From the NCBI GenBank assembly GCA_019828565.1, contig JAHDYR010000024.1, forward strand, positions 70,534 to 134,533: a stretch of DNA of 64,000 bases, written 5' to 3'. The translations under genes were made by a program, and so were the position numbers. Shown in pieces: positions 1 to 11,026 of this stretch. The notes under the pieces are model-generated. The model was not told where the DNA came from. It made no database searches and saw only the letters and a program-made list of their open reading frames with translations. Origin of the DNA: Carpediemonas membranifera BICM. Its lineage: Eukaryota > Protista > Fornicata. The stretch's first letter is position 1. Every line of letters starts with the position of its first letter.

Positions 1-424
1 TTTGTACAGGCATACGACGAAAAACTTATCGCTTGGATCACCTCTTGCATTGACGCCTAGGTTCGTAACACTTTCGGTTACACAGATGTGCCGCCTCCCC
101 TCAGGCCCTGTCTCCTCCCTTGTTGATCAGTAGACCGGGTTCGCTGTGAGCCTTCTGGCGGCGACGTCAACCCTAAGACCACCCCTTGTTCTAACACAGC
201 TGTCTCACCCGGAAGCCCCTCATATGCACCTGTCTGCGCCGCGTGAGCATTGGCTCGCGTTCCTTCTTTTTTCCCCACGGGGTTTTTTCGGTCCTCCGTG
301 CGAGGACACGCTTCCAAGGAGACTGCTGCTGCTAGTCGTCGATGGGCGAGCGCAATTGTTCTGAAAACCGGAGACCACTCATTCGGGGGCCTGATCAGCC
401 CGCCTGTTCGTCCCGGGTTGCGGC

Positions 425-503
425 CGGTGTACGTGGCCCATCCTCATGAGGATGGAGGCCTGGCACCGTTTCTAAATCAATAAACTCAAACTCAAACTCA
501 AAC
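425..503 (+). repeat. Stem-loop followed by AATAAA and an (AAACTC)n tail; possible 3' end of a LINE/SINE-type insertion
   Basis: Perfect 18-bp palindrome CCATCCTCATGAGGATGG (438-455) inside a larger hairpin (CGGTG...CACCG), then AATAAACTCAAACTCAAACTCAAAC, which abuts the abrupt start of the RT ORF at 504. Confidence 0.35.
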
Positions 504-2222
504 ATGTACAAAACCAGTCCAGAGCTCAGCATTCCCATTATAGAAGAGGTGGAGAAGCTCATCGAACAAGGAGCAGTGTCAAGGCTCCCCGCGAGACCAG
601 GAGTGGTATGCCCGATATTTGTGACCCCAAAGTCGAACGGAATCGATTGGAGGCTGATAAATGACCTCAGATCAGTGAACCAGGTCATCGAAGCACGCAA
701 GTTTTCAATGAGAGGCCTCGAAGAGGTGCGAGAGGAACTTAGGCCAGAAGACTATATGGTGGCTATAGACTTCAAGAGCGGCTACCACCAGCTGGCCCTA
801 GACCCAAGAGATAGGACGAAGGCAGCATTCGAACTTGACGGAGAATTCTTCGGCTTCAATGTTCTGCCCTTCGGTCTGTCAACCGCACCAAGAGCATTCC
901 AAGCCATGTCCAAGCACGCAGCTCGCTTTATATCTAACAAGCTAGGCCTGCGGATCTGCGTCTATCTAGACGACTGGCTGGTGCTCCATCAAGATCAGGC
1001 AAGACTCAGAGAGAAAATCCCGCAGGTTATCAACCTTTTGAGCGTTCTGGGGATCGTTGTTAACAAAGATAAGTGCAAATGGGATCCGAGCAAGAGACAA
1101 GAGTACCTTGGCGTTGTTATAGATTCATCAACAATGATATACGAGCTCACGGAGGAGAAGAGGACGAAATATCTCGGAGCCGCGGAGAAGCTGTCGAGAG
1201 ACCGCAAGTTTCAGCTCAGAGACCTCAAGAAGCTAATCGGACGCATGATTTTCACCAAGTCGTGCTTCGGGAACATCGCTTTAGTGAGGGTCAGATGGTT
1301 AACAATCGCAGCCCGAGCCCTGGAGGGGAAGAGGTTGATCAGGGCCAAGCGCTCAGCCCTGAGCAAGGAGGCAGTCCAAGACCTCCAGTGGTGGGTGAAG
1401 ACGTTACAAGCCCCCAGATACAGCGGCCTACAGCCTCCACAAGACCAAGTGAGGATAGAGTCAGATGCGTCATCATATCACGCAGGAGCTAACATATTCA
1501 CACCATGGGGGTGCAACACATGGTCAAGAGAGCTCACCAGAGAAGAAGCGAGGATGCACATCACGGCAAAGAAAGCCCTCGGGGCCCTAGACGCCATACT
1601 TTCCTTCATGGAAGGGGTGCCAGTTCCGACAACGATCTTCCTATACACAGACAACACAGCAGCGAGGAAGTGGCTGGAGAAGTCGGGCACCAGAGCACCG
1701 CAGCTCATCAGGCGCAGGGCCGTTGCAGTTCACGACTGGCTGACAGCCAAGGGGCATCGCCTGATCGCGAGATACCTGCCGGGGGAGATGAACTGGACAG
1801 CCGACAGGTTGTCCAGGCCACAGGGAGCCTGGCTAGGACACTGGATCCCACATCAGATCCTGCATCGAATGGCAGAGAGGTGGGGAGCCCTGGACCTGGA
1901 CCTGTCGGCAGAAGGTTTCGCCTGTATGGAGTCAAGGTGGGACGGCAGAGTTCTCCTCTGTCCTCCATTCCGGCAGCTGGGGAGGGTGGCCCAACGGTTG
2001 GCAGCAGAGGCCGTGTCCACCAGGGTCAATCCGGCTCTACAACAGAGAGGATGCGCGCTGATATATGTCCTCGTGAAACACAACGCGCATATCACCATCT
2101 CAGAGATCGCTCAGGCAACGATGACCATGGAGGTCCCAGTGCAGGAGGCACCGAGGGAGTGGAGAGCACTGGCCGGTCCGAAATCCAGAGTGACCGTCAG
2201 GGCCGCCTGGATCCCACGCTGA
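504..2222 (+). CDS. RT / RNase H / adenine-methyltransferase-like polyprotein of YR-E1
   Basis: WRLINDLR, IDFKSGYHQ, LPFGL, YLDD; RNase H ESDAS, YTDNT, ADRLSR; MT-like WGALDLDL...LLCPPF. Confidence 0.9.
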   Translation: MYKTSPELSIPIIEEVEKLIEQGAVSRLPARPGVVCPIFVTPKSNGIDWRLINDLRSVNQVIEARKFSMRGLEEVREELRPEDYMVAIDFKSGYHQLALDPRDRTKAAFELDGEFFGFNVLPFGLSTAPRAFQAMSKHAARFISNKLGLRICVYLDDWLVLHQDQARLREKIPQVINLLSVLGIVVNKDKCKWDPSKRQEYLGVVIDSSTMIYELTEEKRTKYLGAAEKLSRDRKFQLRDLKKLIGRMIFTKSCFGNIALVRVRWLTIAARALEGKRLIRAKRSALSKEAVQDLQWWVKTLQAPRYSGLQPPQDQVRIESDASSYHAGANIFTPWGCNTWSRELTREEARMHITAKKALGALDAILSFMEGVPVPTTIFLYTDNTAARKWLEKSGTRAPQLIRRRAVAVHDWLTAKGHRLIARYLPGEMNWTADRLSRPQGAWLGHWIPHQILHRMAERWGALDLDLSAEGFACMESRWDGRVLLCPPFRQLGRVAQRLAAEAVSTRVNPALQQRGCALIYVLVKHNAHITISEIAQATMTMEVPVQEAPREWRALAGPKSRVTVRAAWIPR

Positions 2223-3295
2223 GAGCAGCAGGAGTGATAGTACGCGACCAAGAGACCGACAGAGGAGGAGCACAAAGACGAGTCAGGAACATACCTGTGG
2301 ACCCAGAGGTGGCCAGCAGAATAAGAAACTCGCTAGCCGCTATTCGTTTTGCTCAGTCAACCCGCACAGACATTATCAAGGAGACATGCGCCTTCCTAGC
2401 ATTTGAGAGAAACGGTTGTCAACTCTCCGATCTCCCTCCCGAGCTAGAGGAGATTAGGCCAGTTATCCAACTGTACAACGAGCCTCTCTGGAACTATATG
2501 CTGGCAGAGGGCTCACGCATGGCCGGCAAGAGACTGAAGACGAAGTATCAACGCATAGTGCTCGGCCTGGAAGCGATCGGGAGAAGAAGGAACCCAGCGT
2601 GCAACGAGGACAACGTGGTTGAGGCGATAGCGAAGGCAGCTAACTCAACAAGGGAAACATTTGCGAGGAAGAACGGAAAGGCCCTGCCTCTATCATGGCA
2701 GGCTATCAAGTCGGCCATAGACTCATACTCCACATGCGAGAAGACGCCTCATCTCTGCCAGACCATTGCACTCGCCTTACTCACGTTCACCACCGTCTCG
2801 AGACAAGGGGAGATCCTAGCACTGCGGAGACAGGACGTGTCAAGAGTCGGCGAGTCCCACTTAGCCCTCAGACTCGGCAAGACGAAGACCAGAGAGAACG
2901 TAGTCAAGCTCGTGCCAAGGGAAGACAGCGTCTATTGTCCAACTGCCTGGCTCATTAGACACATGAGATCGGTTGAGGAAGGCCCGCTGTGGAGGAGCAC
3001 CCTGGTGACCGGGCGGACGATGGAGCTTAATCGTACACCGTTACTCCCAGCGCAGATTAGGAGGGACGAGCTGCTCGTCGACCTACGAGAGCTCCTGCAC
3101 CTGCCCTTGTCAGGCGACTCTTTCAGAAGGGGCGCGGTGGTCGAACTGATAGGAAGAGGAGTGCCGATCACTGTGATCCAGGCCCTCGGAACGTGGGCCT
3201 CAGCGGATTCGGTCCTCGTCTACTGTGAAGAAGCGATACGGTTGTCTCCCGAAGACACAAGACTCACGATGGCTGCGGCACGGGATGGATGGTAA
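1505..3295 (+). CDS. Tyrosine recombinase of YR-E1 (real coding part probably starts near 2200)
   Basis: SRQGE (R), KTKT (K), GDSFRRG (HxxR with H replaced by D), LGTW, VY catalytic Tyr. Confidence 0.85.
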   Translation: MGVQHMVKRAHQRRSEDAHHGKESPRGPRRHTFLHGRGASSDNDLPIHRQHSSEEVAGEVGHQSTAAHQAQGRCSSRLADSQGASPDREIPAGGDELDSRQVVQATGSLARTLDPTSDPASNGREVGSPGPGPVGRRFRLYGVKVGRQSSPLSSIPAAGEGGPTVGSRGRVHQGQSGSTTERMRADICPRETQRAYHHLRDRSGNDDHGGPSAGGTEGVESTGRSEIQSDRQGRLDPTLRAAGVIVRDQETDRGGAQRRVRNIPVDPEVASRIRNSLAAIRFAQSTRTDIIKETCAFLAFERNGCQLSDLPPELEEIRPVIQLYNEPLWNYMLAEGSRMAGKRLKTKYQRIVLGLEAIGRRRNPACNEDNVVEAIAKAANSTRETFARKNGKALPLSWQAIKSAIDSYSTCEKTPHLCQTIALALLTFTTVSRQGEILALRRQDVSRVGESHLALRLGKTKTRENVVKLVPREDSVYCPTAWLIRHMRSVEEGPLWRSTLVTGRTMELNRTPLLPAQIRRDELLVDLRELLHLPLSGDSFRRGAVVELIGRGVPITVIQALGTWASADSVLVYCEEAIRLSPEDTRLTMAAARDGW

Positions 3296-3379
3296 CATCT
3301 TGTTGCAATATTGTCGATTAGTCCGTTGGACTCGTGCAAGGCACGTTGCTCCTCATTCCAGAGGGAGTGACATTGGAGC

Positions 3380-3904
3380 ATGGGCGACGGATTTGGCCCA
3401 ACCGATTTGGCTCGGGGAATCAAATCGTATCAGGATCGTGCCCAGTTGGGAACGATGGACGACGATAACGAGAACAACCCACCACCGGAGCAACAACCGG
3501 CGCAAGACAACGCAGGAGCCGATCGGGAGACCATCAAGCAGCTTACGGGCGAAGTGATGACGCTCAGGGAGCTAATCACGCTCGACTGGGAGCACCTCTC
3601 TTCCCTGGAAATAAGGAGCGAATCGGAATGGCTCCAGAGACTATTTAGAGACATCGTCGTTCATCCTGAGACCACCACCGGCGACGTGCTACTGCAGCTG
3701 AGACTCAGACATCAGCTACTGCTGATCAAGGACCGCAGCGCCTTTCGCTACGCGGCTGCCGTCGAGCAGTGCATCAAGGCCAGAAAGCGTAGGATCACCA
3801 AAACCGAGTCGCTCGAGGCCCTCGTCGCTGAGGCATGTTCGTCCGCCCGTGTCGCCCCTGCTAACCCAAACAAGGGCAAGGGCGACAAGCGCGCCCGAAC
3901 TTAA
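3380..3904 (+). CDS. Small ORF1 (gag-like) of YR-E2; may start at the second Met (MDDDNEN)
   Basis: Lies immediately upstream of the RT; helical core and basic C-terminus; no diagnostic motif. Confidence 0.5.
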   Translation: MGDGFGPTDLARGIKSYQDRAQLGTMDDDNENNPPPEQQPAQDNAGADRETIKQLTGEVMTLRELITLDWEHLSSLEIRSESEWLQRLFRDIVVHPETTTGDVLLQLRLRHQLLLIKDRSAFRYAAAVEQCIKARKRRITKTESLEALVAEACSSARVAPANPNKGKGDKRART

Positions 3905-4047
3905 TCGAGAGACAAGACAAAAGAAAGACAAGCAGACCATACCACCCATCACCAACAACCCCAAACACCCACCTATCATCACCGCCACACCACAGCCATC
4001 AGTGGCCCACGTTTCCCCATCACCTCCAGGCCTGGAGAGGCTTCGGA

Positions 4048-4976
4048 GTGCCGTCCGAGGTGGACGCGTGGCTGCAGGGCGTCGTGATTGAAACCACTGG
4101 GCCTCCACCACAACCGAAGATCCCACCAATTCGACCGTCGGACGTGAAAAAGCTGAAACCGCTAGTCCAGGGCCTCATCAAGTCGGGGGCCGCCGAGGAA
4201 TCATCGGAGGTGACTCTTGTGTCGCCCATCTTCCCGGTGGCGAAGGGAATCACGAAATGGCGCCTGGTGCACGACCTCAGATCGCTGAACAGCGTATCGC
4301 GGGGAGCGAAGAACGTTCAGGCTCTTCGGAGTGAAGCGCGCGATCCTCGGGATACAGCCGGGCGACTTCCACATGTCCCTGGACCTTACGGCCAGCTACC
4401 ATCACGTAGGGATCCATCCATCCAGCAGGCACCTGCTTGGCTTCACCTGGGAGGGACGTGTATACCGATTCAACGTCCTTCCGTTCGACTGGTCAGCAGC
4501 GCCGATGATATTCCAGAAGATAATGCTGGCAGCGGCCACCATACTGCGCCGACATTGCCCAGGGACCGGCATAGCCGTATACCTGGACGACATTCTGCTA
4601 TTTGGACCTCGAGAGACGCTTCTAGGGCACAGAGAGCGCATCATCCAGATCCTAGAGGAGCTAGGCTTTGTGATCAATCGCGAGAAGTCCATTCTCGATC
4701 CAACGACGCGCTTGAAATACCTAGGCATCATTGTGGATTCAGCAGCCAGAACGATTCAGCTTTCCACCGACAAAGCCCACCAGTATCTCGAACTGCTCGA
4801 GCAGATTATGTCATCGCGCAAGGCGACCACACGCCAATGGGAGCAGCTCATGGGCAAACTAGGCTTCGCCTCGCTCTGCCGCCAGGATGGCCAGGCGTGG
4901 CTCCGCCGCTTGCAGTCCGTCCAGGACCCGTCTCGGCTCTCGGAGGAGGAGCTCGAATCCCTCGCGACGTGGCGCT
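4048..4976 (+). pseudogene. RT domain of YR-E2 (frameshift near 4320, then cut by the LTR insertion)
   Basis: SPIFPVAK, WRLVHDLRSLN in one frame; LDLTASYHH, LPF, YLDD, YLG in the next. Confidence 0.88.
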
Positions 4977-5087
4977 TGTCATCCGCTCATCTATTTATCA
5001 TCGGGTACTTATCCTGCACCCGCAGGATAAGACCCAGTTTCAGCTCTAAATGGTTTAACACTCGTTAGTTGCCGTAGGATGACCACA
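4977..5087 (+). repeat. 5' LTR of the non-autonomous element
   Basis: Direct repeat of 9990-10100; internal hairpin CTTATCCTGC-ACCC-GCAGGATAAG. Confidence 0.92.
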
Positions 5088-8000
5088 ATGATATCATTTC
5101 TCCCGGGGAGATGAGAATCAAACGTCCTGCGGTGCTAGCGAGTGATATAATCAACATCAGTCTTCTCAAACACAAACGAATTCTTGTCGTGTCTTGGTTG
5201 GTCAAAACATGTCTCAGACCGCGCACAATATGTCCAGTAGCGACAGCAGGTTGCATATTAGTAGAGTATTCCGCGCTAGGGCCTCCAAAGGCCATGAACC
5301 AGTCGCGAGCATTTTATGTGCTCAGAACGAGCCAGATAGAACGTTTTGGTAGAAACGCCGTTTGGAATCGATATTCCACGGCCAAAACAACTTCTTTTCT
5401 ATCCAGATTACGGCACCATACCGCTTTCTCTTGTCAGTTCATGGAGCCAGCTACACTGAGTAAGCTCCGACGGCTCCGAGCATCACTGCGAATCGGAACG
5501 CGATTAATTGATACATCGACACCAGCGGTCGATGCCTAAGGGGTTTTCATACTCATTTGGCGCCATACCAGCTCTCACGACCGGGCGTCGACGGACGTCT
5601 TTCGTCGCCACAACTCCCGAACAGTCGGTCAACCTCTACCTCCACAAACGTCGCTATAGACCCGCGCCGCAGAGCGTATGGATCATGACGACCCTTCAGC
5701 AGGCCGGACCCGCCCCCGCATCATCATCAATTGATCACATCAAGCCTGAAGACGACAAAGAGATGTTATGGGCCCTGCGCCGCAGGCGCAGGAGACTCGG
5801 CGATCATCTAACGACCTGAGCCCTGGCGGCCAGAGTCGACCCCACCTTCATCAACTGATAACTCCAATGATGATCTCATTCAAATGACGATTGAGGAACC
5901 CACAGAAGACCTCTTCGGCCTATAATCCACACGTCAACCGGAGCCAGACAGGCCCGAGCTGACCCACGCTTTTTGTATTGTTCGATCAGCTCGATCAGCA
6001 ATGGCCCTGAGGGCTCACTCTGAGTGTGACCCCTGATCATCAAGAGGACAGAGCCTGTATCGGCCGGTACCCACCATCATTAGTTGTCCACATCATCAAC
6101 AGTAGCTTCATTGTGCCTTCTTTAACCCATACCTACCGATCACAAGTTCTTTCACTAGACTGCTCGTACAGGTTGTCCAAGCGTAACCCCTCTCGCGTAA
6201 CTCCGTCACAGGCTTCAAGCATCTTCACCGCTGTGTGGTCGCGCCCATGGAGTCCGCGCGCTGCAAATCCTACACTACATTAGCTATAACATCATCGCAA
6301 GGTGCGACGATGAATCCTCTGATCACCTGATCCTCGAACGGCGGCACGTAGCGCTGTTCGCCGCGACACCGCAGCATCTAGGGTGCTGCAGGAGAGCGCA
6401 TGCCATCATCATACGACATCCACACATCGAAGCCATGCTACACCGCAACGCTAGCCGAGCGTTGAATGCCATAATGCGTTTACCACCATCTACTTTTGCA
6501 TTTTGAGCCCAACGTATTGTGGTTGGACTCTCCCGATTCTGCCGTAACAAGGCCGAGTGTAAGGCACCTCAGGGCGAGCCCCAGTCCGAGCTCGCATGCC
6601 TGGCCTAGGCGAGGACCTGCATCCAGTAACTTGTTCTATGAGGGCTCCAAGATTGTCATTTCACGCGAGTGTAGAAGCTCGTGTATCAACAGTACCATCA
6701 AGATCGTGCACGATCGTGTGCCGAGGGAGACTCGTGCCACATCACGACCTCCACAACCGTATTCCTCCTCTATTCTAGGGTCAGCAGTAGACCTATTATA
6801 TCATGCCCAGTCTCAGCACACAGTAGTGCCTGAAGGTGTTACGAGCCGGCAGGCAGGAGTGATGACTGTCAACTCCCTGTTGAAGCTGTACACATATAGC
6901 GACGGTCCCTCTACCGTCGCTGACTGACTAGCTTCCCCCAATGAACCAAGGCGGCTCTGCTGCCAGGTGTCAAACTGATCTACCGAATACAAGAGCCGCG
7001 CTGACTACATTTGCCAAGACCAGGGCAAGGTCTGCCCTAGTTTCAGCCCGGTGCGAGGACAGTGTGAGCCTGTCCATTCTACAAGGCGAGGCCTAACGAC
7101 ACATGCCTTAGAGTAGAGGTCTGATGTCTTGCTTAAGCTACGCAAGCATAACATAGCCGAGGGCGAGGTAGACGACGCCCCACGCCTAGTAACTGTCTAA
7201 TGTACACCGAGATGAGCTTTATCCCGACAGGCCAGTCAACCTAGTTGTCAACCTTGCTGTGCCAAGTCAGACAGACCGTCTGCCTTACCGCTTATCAACC
7301 CCATGGGGTTGTGACTTAGATCTATAACAGCCAATGCATATTGATTTCTCCCACAGAATGTAGCACAGTACCCTTTTTGGAGAGGCCCTTTCTTCCCCCC
7401 ATGGATACGTTGCCTGAACGAGATTGCTCAACGACAGCTTCAGCCCGACCGAAGGTGGTCGAGCCTACCATCGACTGGTGTCCTTAACGCCGTCATGCCA
7501 TGATGGCATAGGCACCTATTCATTGTCCGAGATCGTGCCATGGTGGTCACCATGTCCGCACACCCTGTCGAACACGATCGACAGTTGTCTTTAACGGCAC
7601 ATAAGCGCGTACGATCGATGCATGAGCTTACCCCATGCTGCTAGAAGGCGAGCGACGCATGTCGTGTGCGCTCAGAAGGTAGCTGTTGTAGTGGGTCGTG
7701 CTACCCCAGCTGGGTCCAGCCCGCGTTGCTTGCTTCCTGCACGACTCAGACCCACACACAAAAGGGCCAGTGTGGTCTTTCCCACGGCTTACTAACTCCG
7801 TAACTTAGAGCAGTGTCGTAGTGACACTGACATTGACGCGATACATCCCCTGCTAGTCGTACTAGATGTACGATATACCCGTGTCGCCCCTACATGATCG
7901 CGTGAGCTAGCCAGTTCTCCCTGGCAGACATACCTGAGCAACAATGAGGCTTCGTTGCCAGACTCAGACACATCACAGCCCAGGTCTACGGTGCCAGTAG

Positions 8001-9989
8001 CCCCGACCGTAAGAGTATTATCGACGTAACACCGTGTGGTGGTGCCCGGCAGTGTGCCTAGAGGCGTGTCAAGCGCACACGTAGAACATTTGACACTGTG
8101 GGTTGACAAGAGTACCACCCCACAACACATGTTTGGAGATCCAAACCTCCTGTTCAGGGTCTGCCCAGACAGGCCCTGTGAAGCCTTACCTGTGTCGCAA
8201 GTCCATCATGCACGATCGGCATGATCTCTCCTCGTACACCCGAGCCGTAGCAATGGTTCGCACGGCAGCTTGCACATCGACATGGAGCCGTCCCATCGCG
8301 AAATGGTCGGACCGAAACGCTTGTATCTTGTCCCAGGACACTCAAGTCATCACTATGCACTAGTGCCAAGGTATACCGCGAAGAATTCAAGTCTCAATTG
8401 AGTCTAGTCTAGTATGTCTAGTCTAGAGTGAGTTTAGCATATGGAGGTCGCTCCTTCATCGTTCATCGAACACCATGAGAAAGCCAGCAGTAGCCGTGTC
8501 CGGTCCTCTGGCATAAGAACGTGTCCTGTAGCCACCAGGTCGCTGAACAACGCTGCGGCGAGTAGGCTGACGGTGGGTTGCATGGACGGGTAAGCTATAG
8601 CATGACGGTAGTCTGACAGTTCTGTCTTTACCGTGTCTAGTGAGCAGTAGCCACTAGTCGTTTCGTTTCACACAGGGATCCCGTAGTTTATATTGCGCAT
8701 CTGGCAGTAGTCCAGCGAGGGCACCGCTCGGTAATAGCGGTGTGACGGCTGCTCGAAGGTTCGAATCCGACGGGAGGAGAGCGAGTAGTCCCTGACTTGC
8801 AGAAGGGTTGATGATTCTGTGTATGGTGTAGGTGCGGCCGGCCAACCAATCCTCATCGACGCGCAGATCTGAGACTGATGGAGCTTGTCAGAAGGTTTTG
8901 GTCTTGGATGCCGTGCCGACGGGCGCATGTACACCAAAGCGAGAGACGTCAGTGAGATATCACGAGTCTCGTTATACATATCCGGCCTCAAGCTTTCCCT
9001 TGGCGGCGACGGTGCAAAGGTCACGCTACGGACGAGTTAGAGCCAGACCCGCACGGGTGCTCGTTGTCCAGTAGTTGTCTCAGCCAGTTTTGAGCCTTGT
9101 CATATATGATGCTCGTTGGTGGAGAGGTCGAGAAGCGTTCGCTGCGACCTGATCAAATAAGTCCTGGTACACGGCAGGCATAATGTGATAGAACATGGCC
9201 TCACTATGTCAGTAGGCCATGGAGCAAGTCCCACGATCACACGTCATTCCGTTGAAACGGTTGTGTGTTAATTGTACCATCATGCGAATGGTTGGTGAGC
9301 CTGTCAGGCTCTATAGTGTTTATATCGACTAGCAACAGTCGAGTCGACCCGGTCCCAGTCCGCTGGACGGTCAAACCGGCCCCAAGCTCTCACTTGGTGG
9401 CGACGGTATGATGCCAAGTTGTCTTCATGAAGCTTGGATTAGCTTCGATAAGTCCCTGTACCGCAGAGCAATGCGAGAGGGCTGCAGTCATCTTAAGCTT
9501 TTCACTTGAGACGAGGCTGAGTGTAGACTATCAGATAGTCTTTCAAGTCGACGGAGTGCCGTCGCGTCATCTAACATAGTATCACAGTATCACAGTGCTT
9601 CGCAGCTAGGCACAGTCGCAGCACCTGACGTGACATTTATCCTCTGATCGCCGATCAAGCATCGTGTCACAAATGTCAACCCGTGACATTACCTGGATAC
9701 GGCGCGTTATTTCACTGATGCGGCCGTGGAGGGGCAGTGGTTGAGAGTCTTTTCCCACCGGGTTTTTCTTCCTCTCAAGAGCAAGCCACATGTCCCTGAC
9801 CTCACTTAGGTCGAATGCCGAAGCGTGGAACACACCGCGGCAAATCTTATCGCCTTGACGCATGAGGCACGTGAGAGTTCAGCCTGAACTCTGATTCTAC
9901 TAAGCACACAAGGACTGATATCCAGCACATCCATTTAGTTGTCAAGACCCTCCCCTGTCACAAGCCATTATCGGGTCTTGGAGGGGCAG

Positions 9990-10100
9990 TGTCATCCGCT
10001 CATCTATTTATCATCGGGTACTTATCCTGCACCCGCAGGATAAGACCCAGTTTCAGCTCTAAATGGTTTAACACTCGTTAGTTGCCGTAGGATGACCACA
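9990..10100 (+). repeat. 3' LTR of the non-autonomous element
   Basis: Direct repeat of 4977-5087, preceded by the PPT. Confidence 0.92.
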
Positions 10101-11026
10101 CGCTCCATACTACAAGATCCATCCCCACGACGCTTCGACGACCTCATATCGCTGTGGGGCGCCCACAGGTCCATCGACTTGATCGTACAGTCAGATGCTT
10201 CCGACTATGCGATGGGCGTGGTAATTCGCGCGGAGGGGATGAAAGACAGCACCATTCAGCTCAAAGTTCCCATCAGCCTCAAGGATCACACTATTGCTGT
10301 GAAAGAATTCGCAGCGATTGTGTCGGGCCTCCGAAAGTTGATCAACAACGGCACAACGGACGCAAACGTCTCAATCTTCACGGACAATACTGTAGCACAA
10401 GCCTGGATCAATCATCAGGGCTCAACGAAGGCGCCAACGCCGGTCCTGGCCATGTGCGAGGAGATCTTCCCAGCTCTGGAACGTTCACGCATCTCCGTGC
10501 GAGCGAGGCACGTAGCAGGTCATCTCAACGTGGAGACAGATGCATTGAGCCGCTACACCAAGCTAGACTGGCAAACACCGCGAGGAGTGCTCGAGACCCT
10601 TCTTCGGAAATGGGGCCCCATGGAGCTGGACGCCTCTGGCCACGGCTCGAAGGAGCTTCTTCTCCCGACATACGCAACTTCAACAGCAGGCTACAACGAG
10701 CGTGGTCTAGAGCAGGACTGGCGCGGCAAGCGGTGTTTCTCGCGCCCCCCTTTGCGATGCTACCGCTTGTTGCCAACAAGCTGGCCAGCATCAGGACGGA
10801 CATGGGCTCACTTCCGCCTTCGAGGCACACATCACTGGCAGTGGTCATTATACCGGACACGCAATCCGAGGCGGTCCGGCAGATCAAGGCCATGGCACCC
10901 ATGAAGCTCTACTTCACACTGAAGCCCAGCGAGACACAGGGCACAGAGCTGGAGTCTCTGATGAGAAAGAGACCCCGCCTGATCGCGTGCTGCGTGGCGA
11001 CAGTGACCTCTTCGATGCCGCACTAG
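10101..11026 (+). pseudogene. RNase H and adenine-methyltransferase-like domains of YR-E2 (frameshift near 10730)
   Basis: QSDAS, VKE, FTDNT, TDALSR; WQTP...WGPMELDAS...GLEQDW, then VFLAPPF in the next frame. Confidence 0.85.

Larger units (their letters stand above)
504..3380 (+). mobile_element. DIRS/PAT-like tyrosine-recombinase retrotransposon YR-E1 (5' part missing)
   Basis: RT-RNaseH-methyltransferase-like ORF followed by an overlapping tyrosine recombinase ORF; ends approximate. Confidence 0.85.
4977..10100 (+). mobile_element. Non-autonomous LTR retroelement (LARD-like) with 111-bp LTRs
   Basis: Identical TG...CA repeats at 4977-5087 and 9990-10100, CGCT TSD (4973-4976 / 10101-10104), PPT GGAGGGGCAG at 9980-9989, no pol ORF inside. 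Confidence 0.9.

Noticed and set aside
1505-2200. Long N-terminal extensions of the YR ORFs (also 12409-12950)
   Set aside because: They overlap RNase H/MT in another frame with low-complexity Arg/Gly/Ser composition; I cannot support their translation
270-9770. Similar TTCCC.AC.GGGTTTTT motif at about 270-288 and 9751-9767
   Set aside because: Short and T-run dominated, with no extension; may be chance
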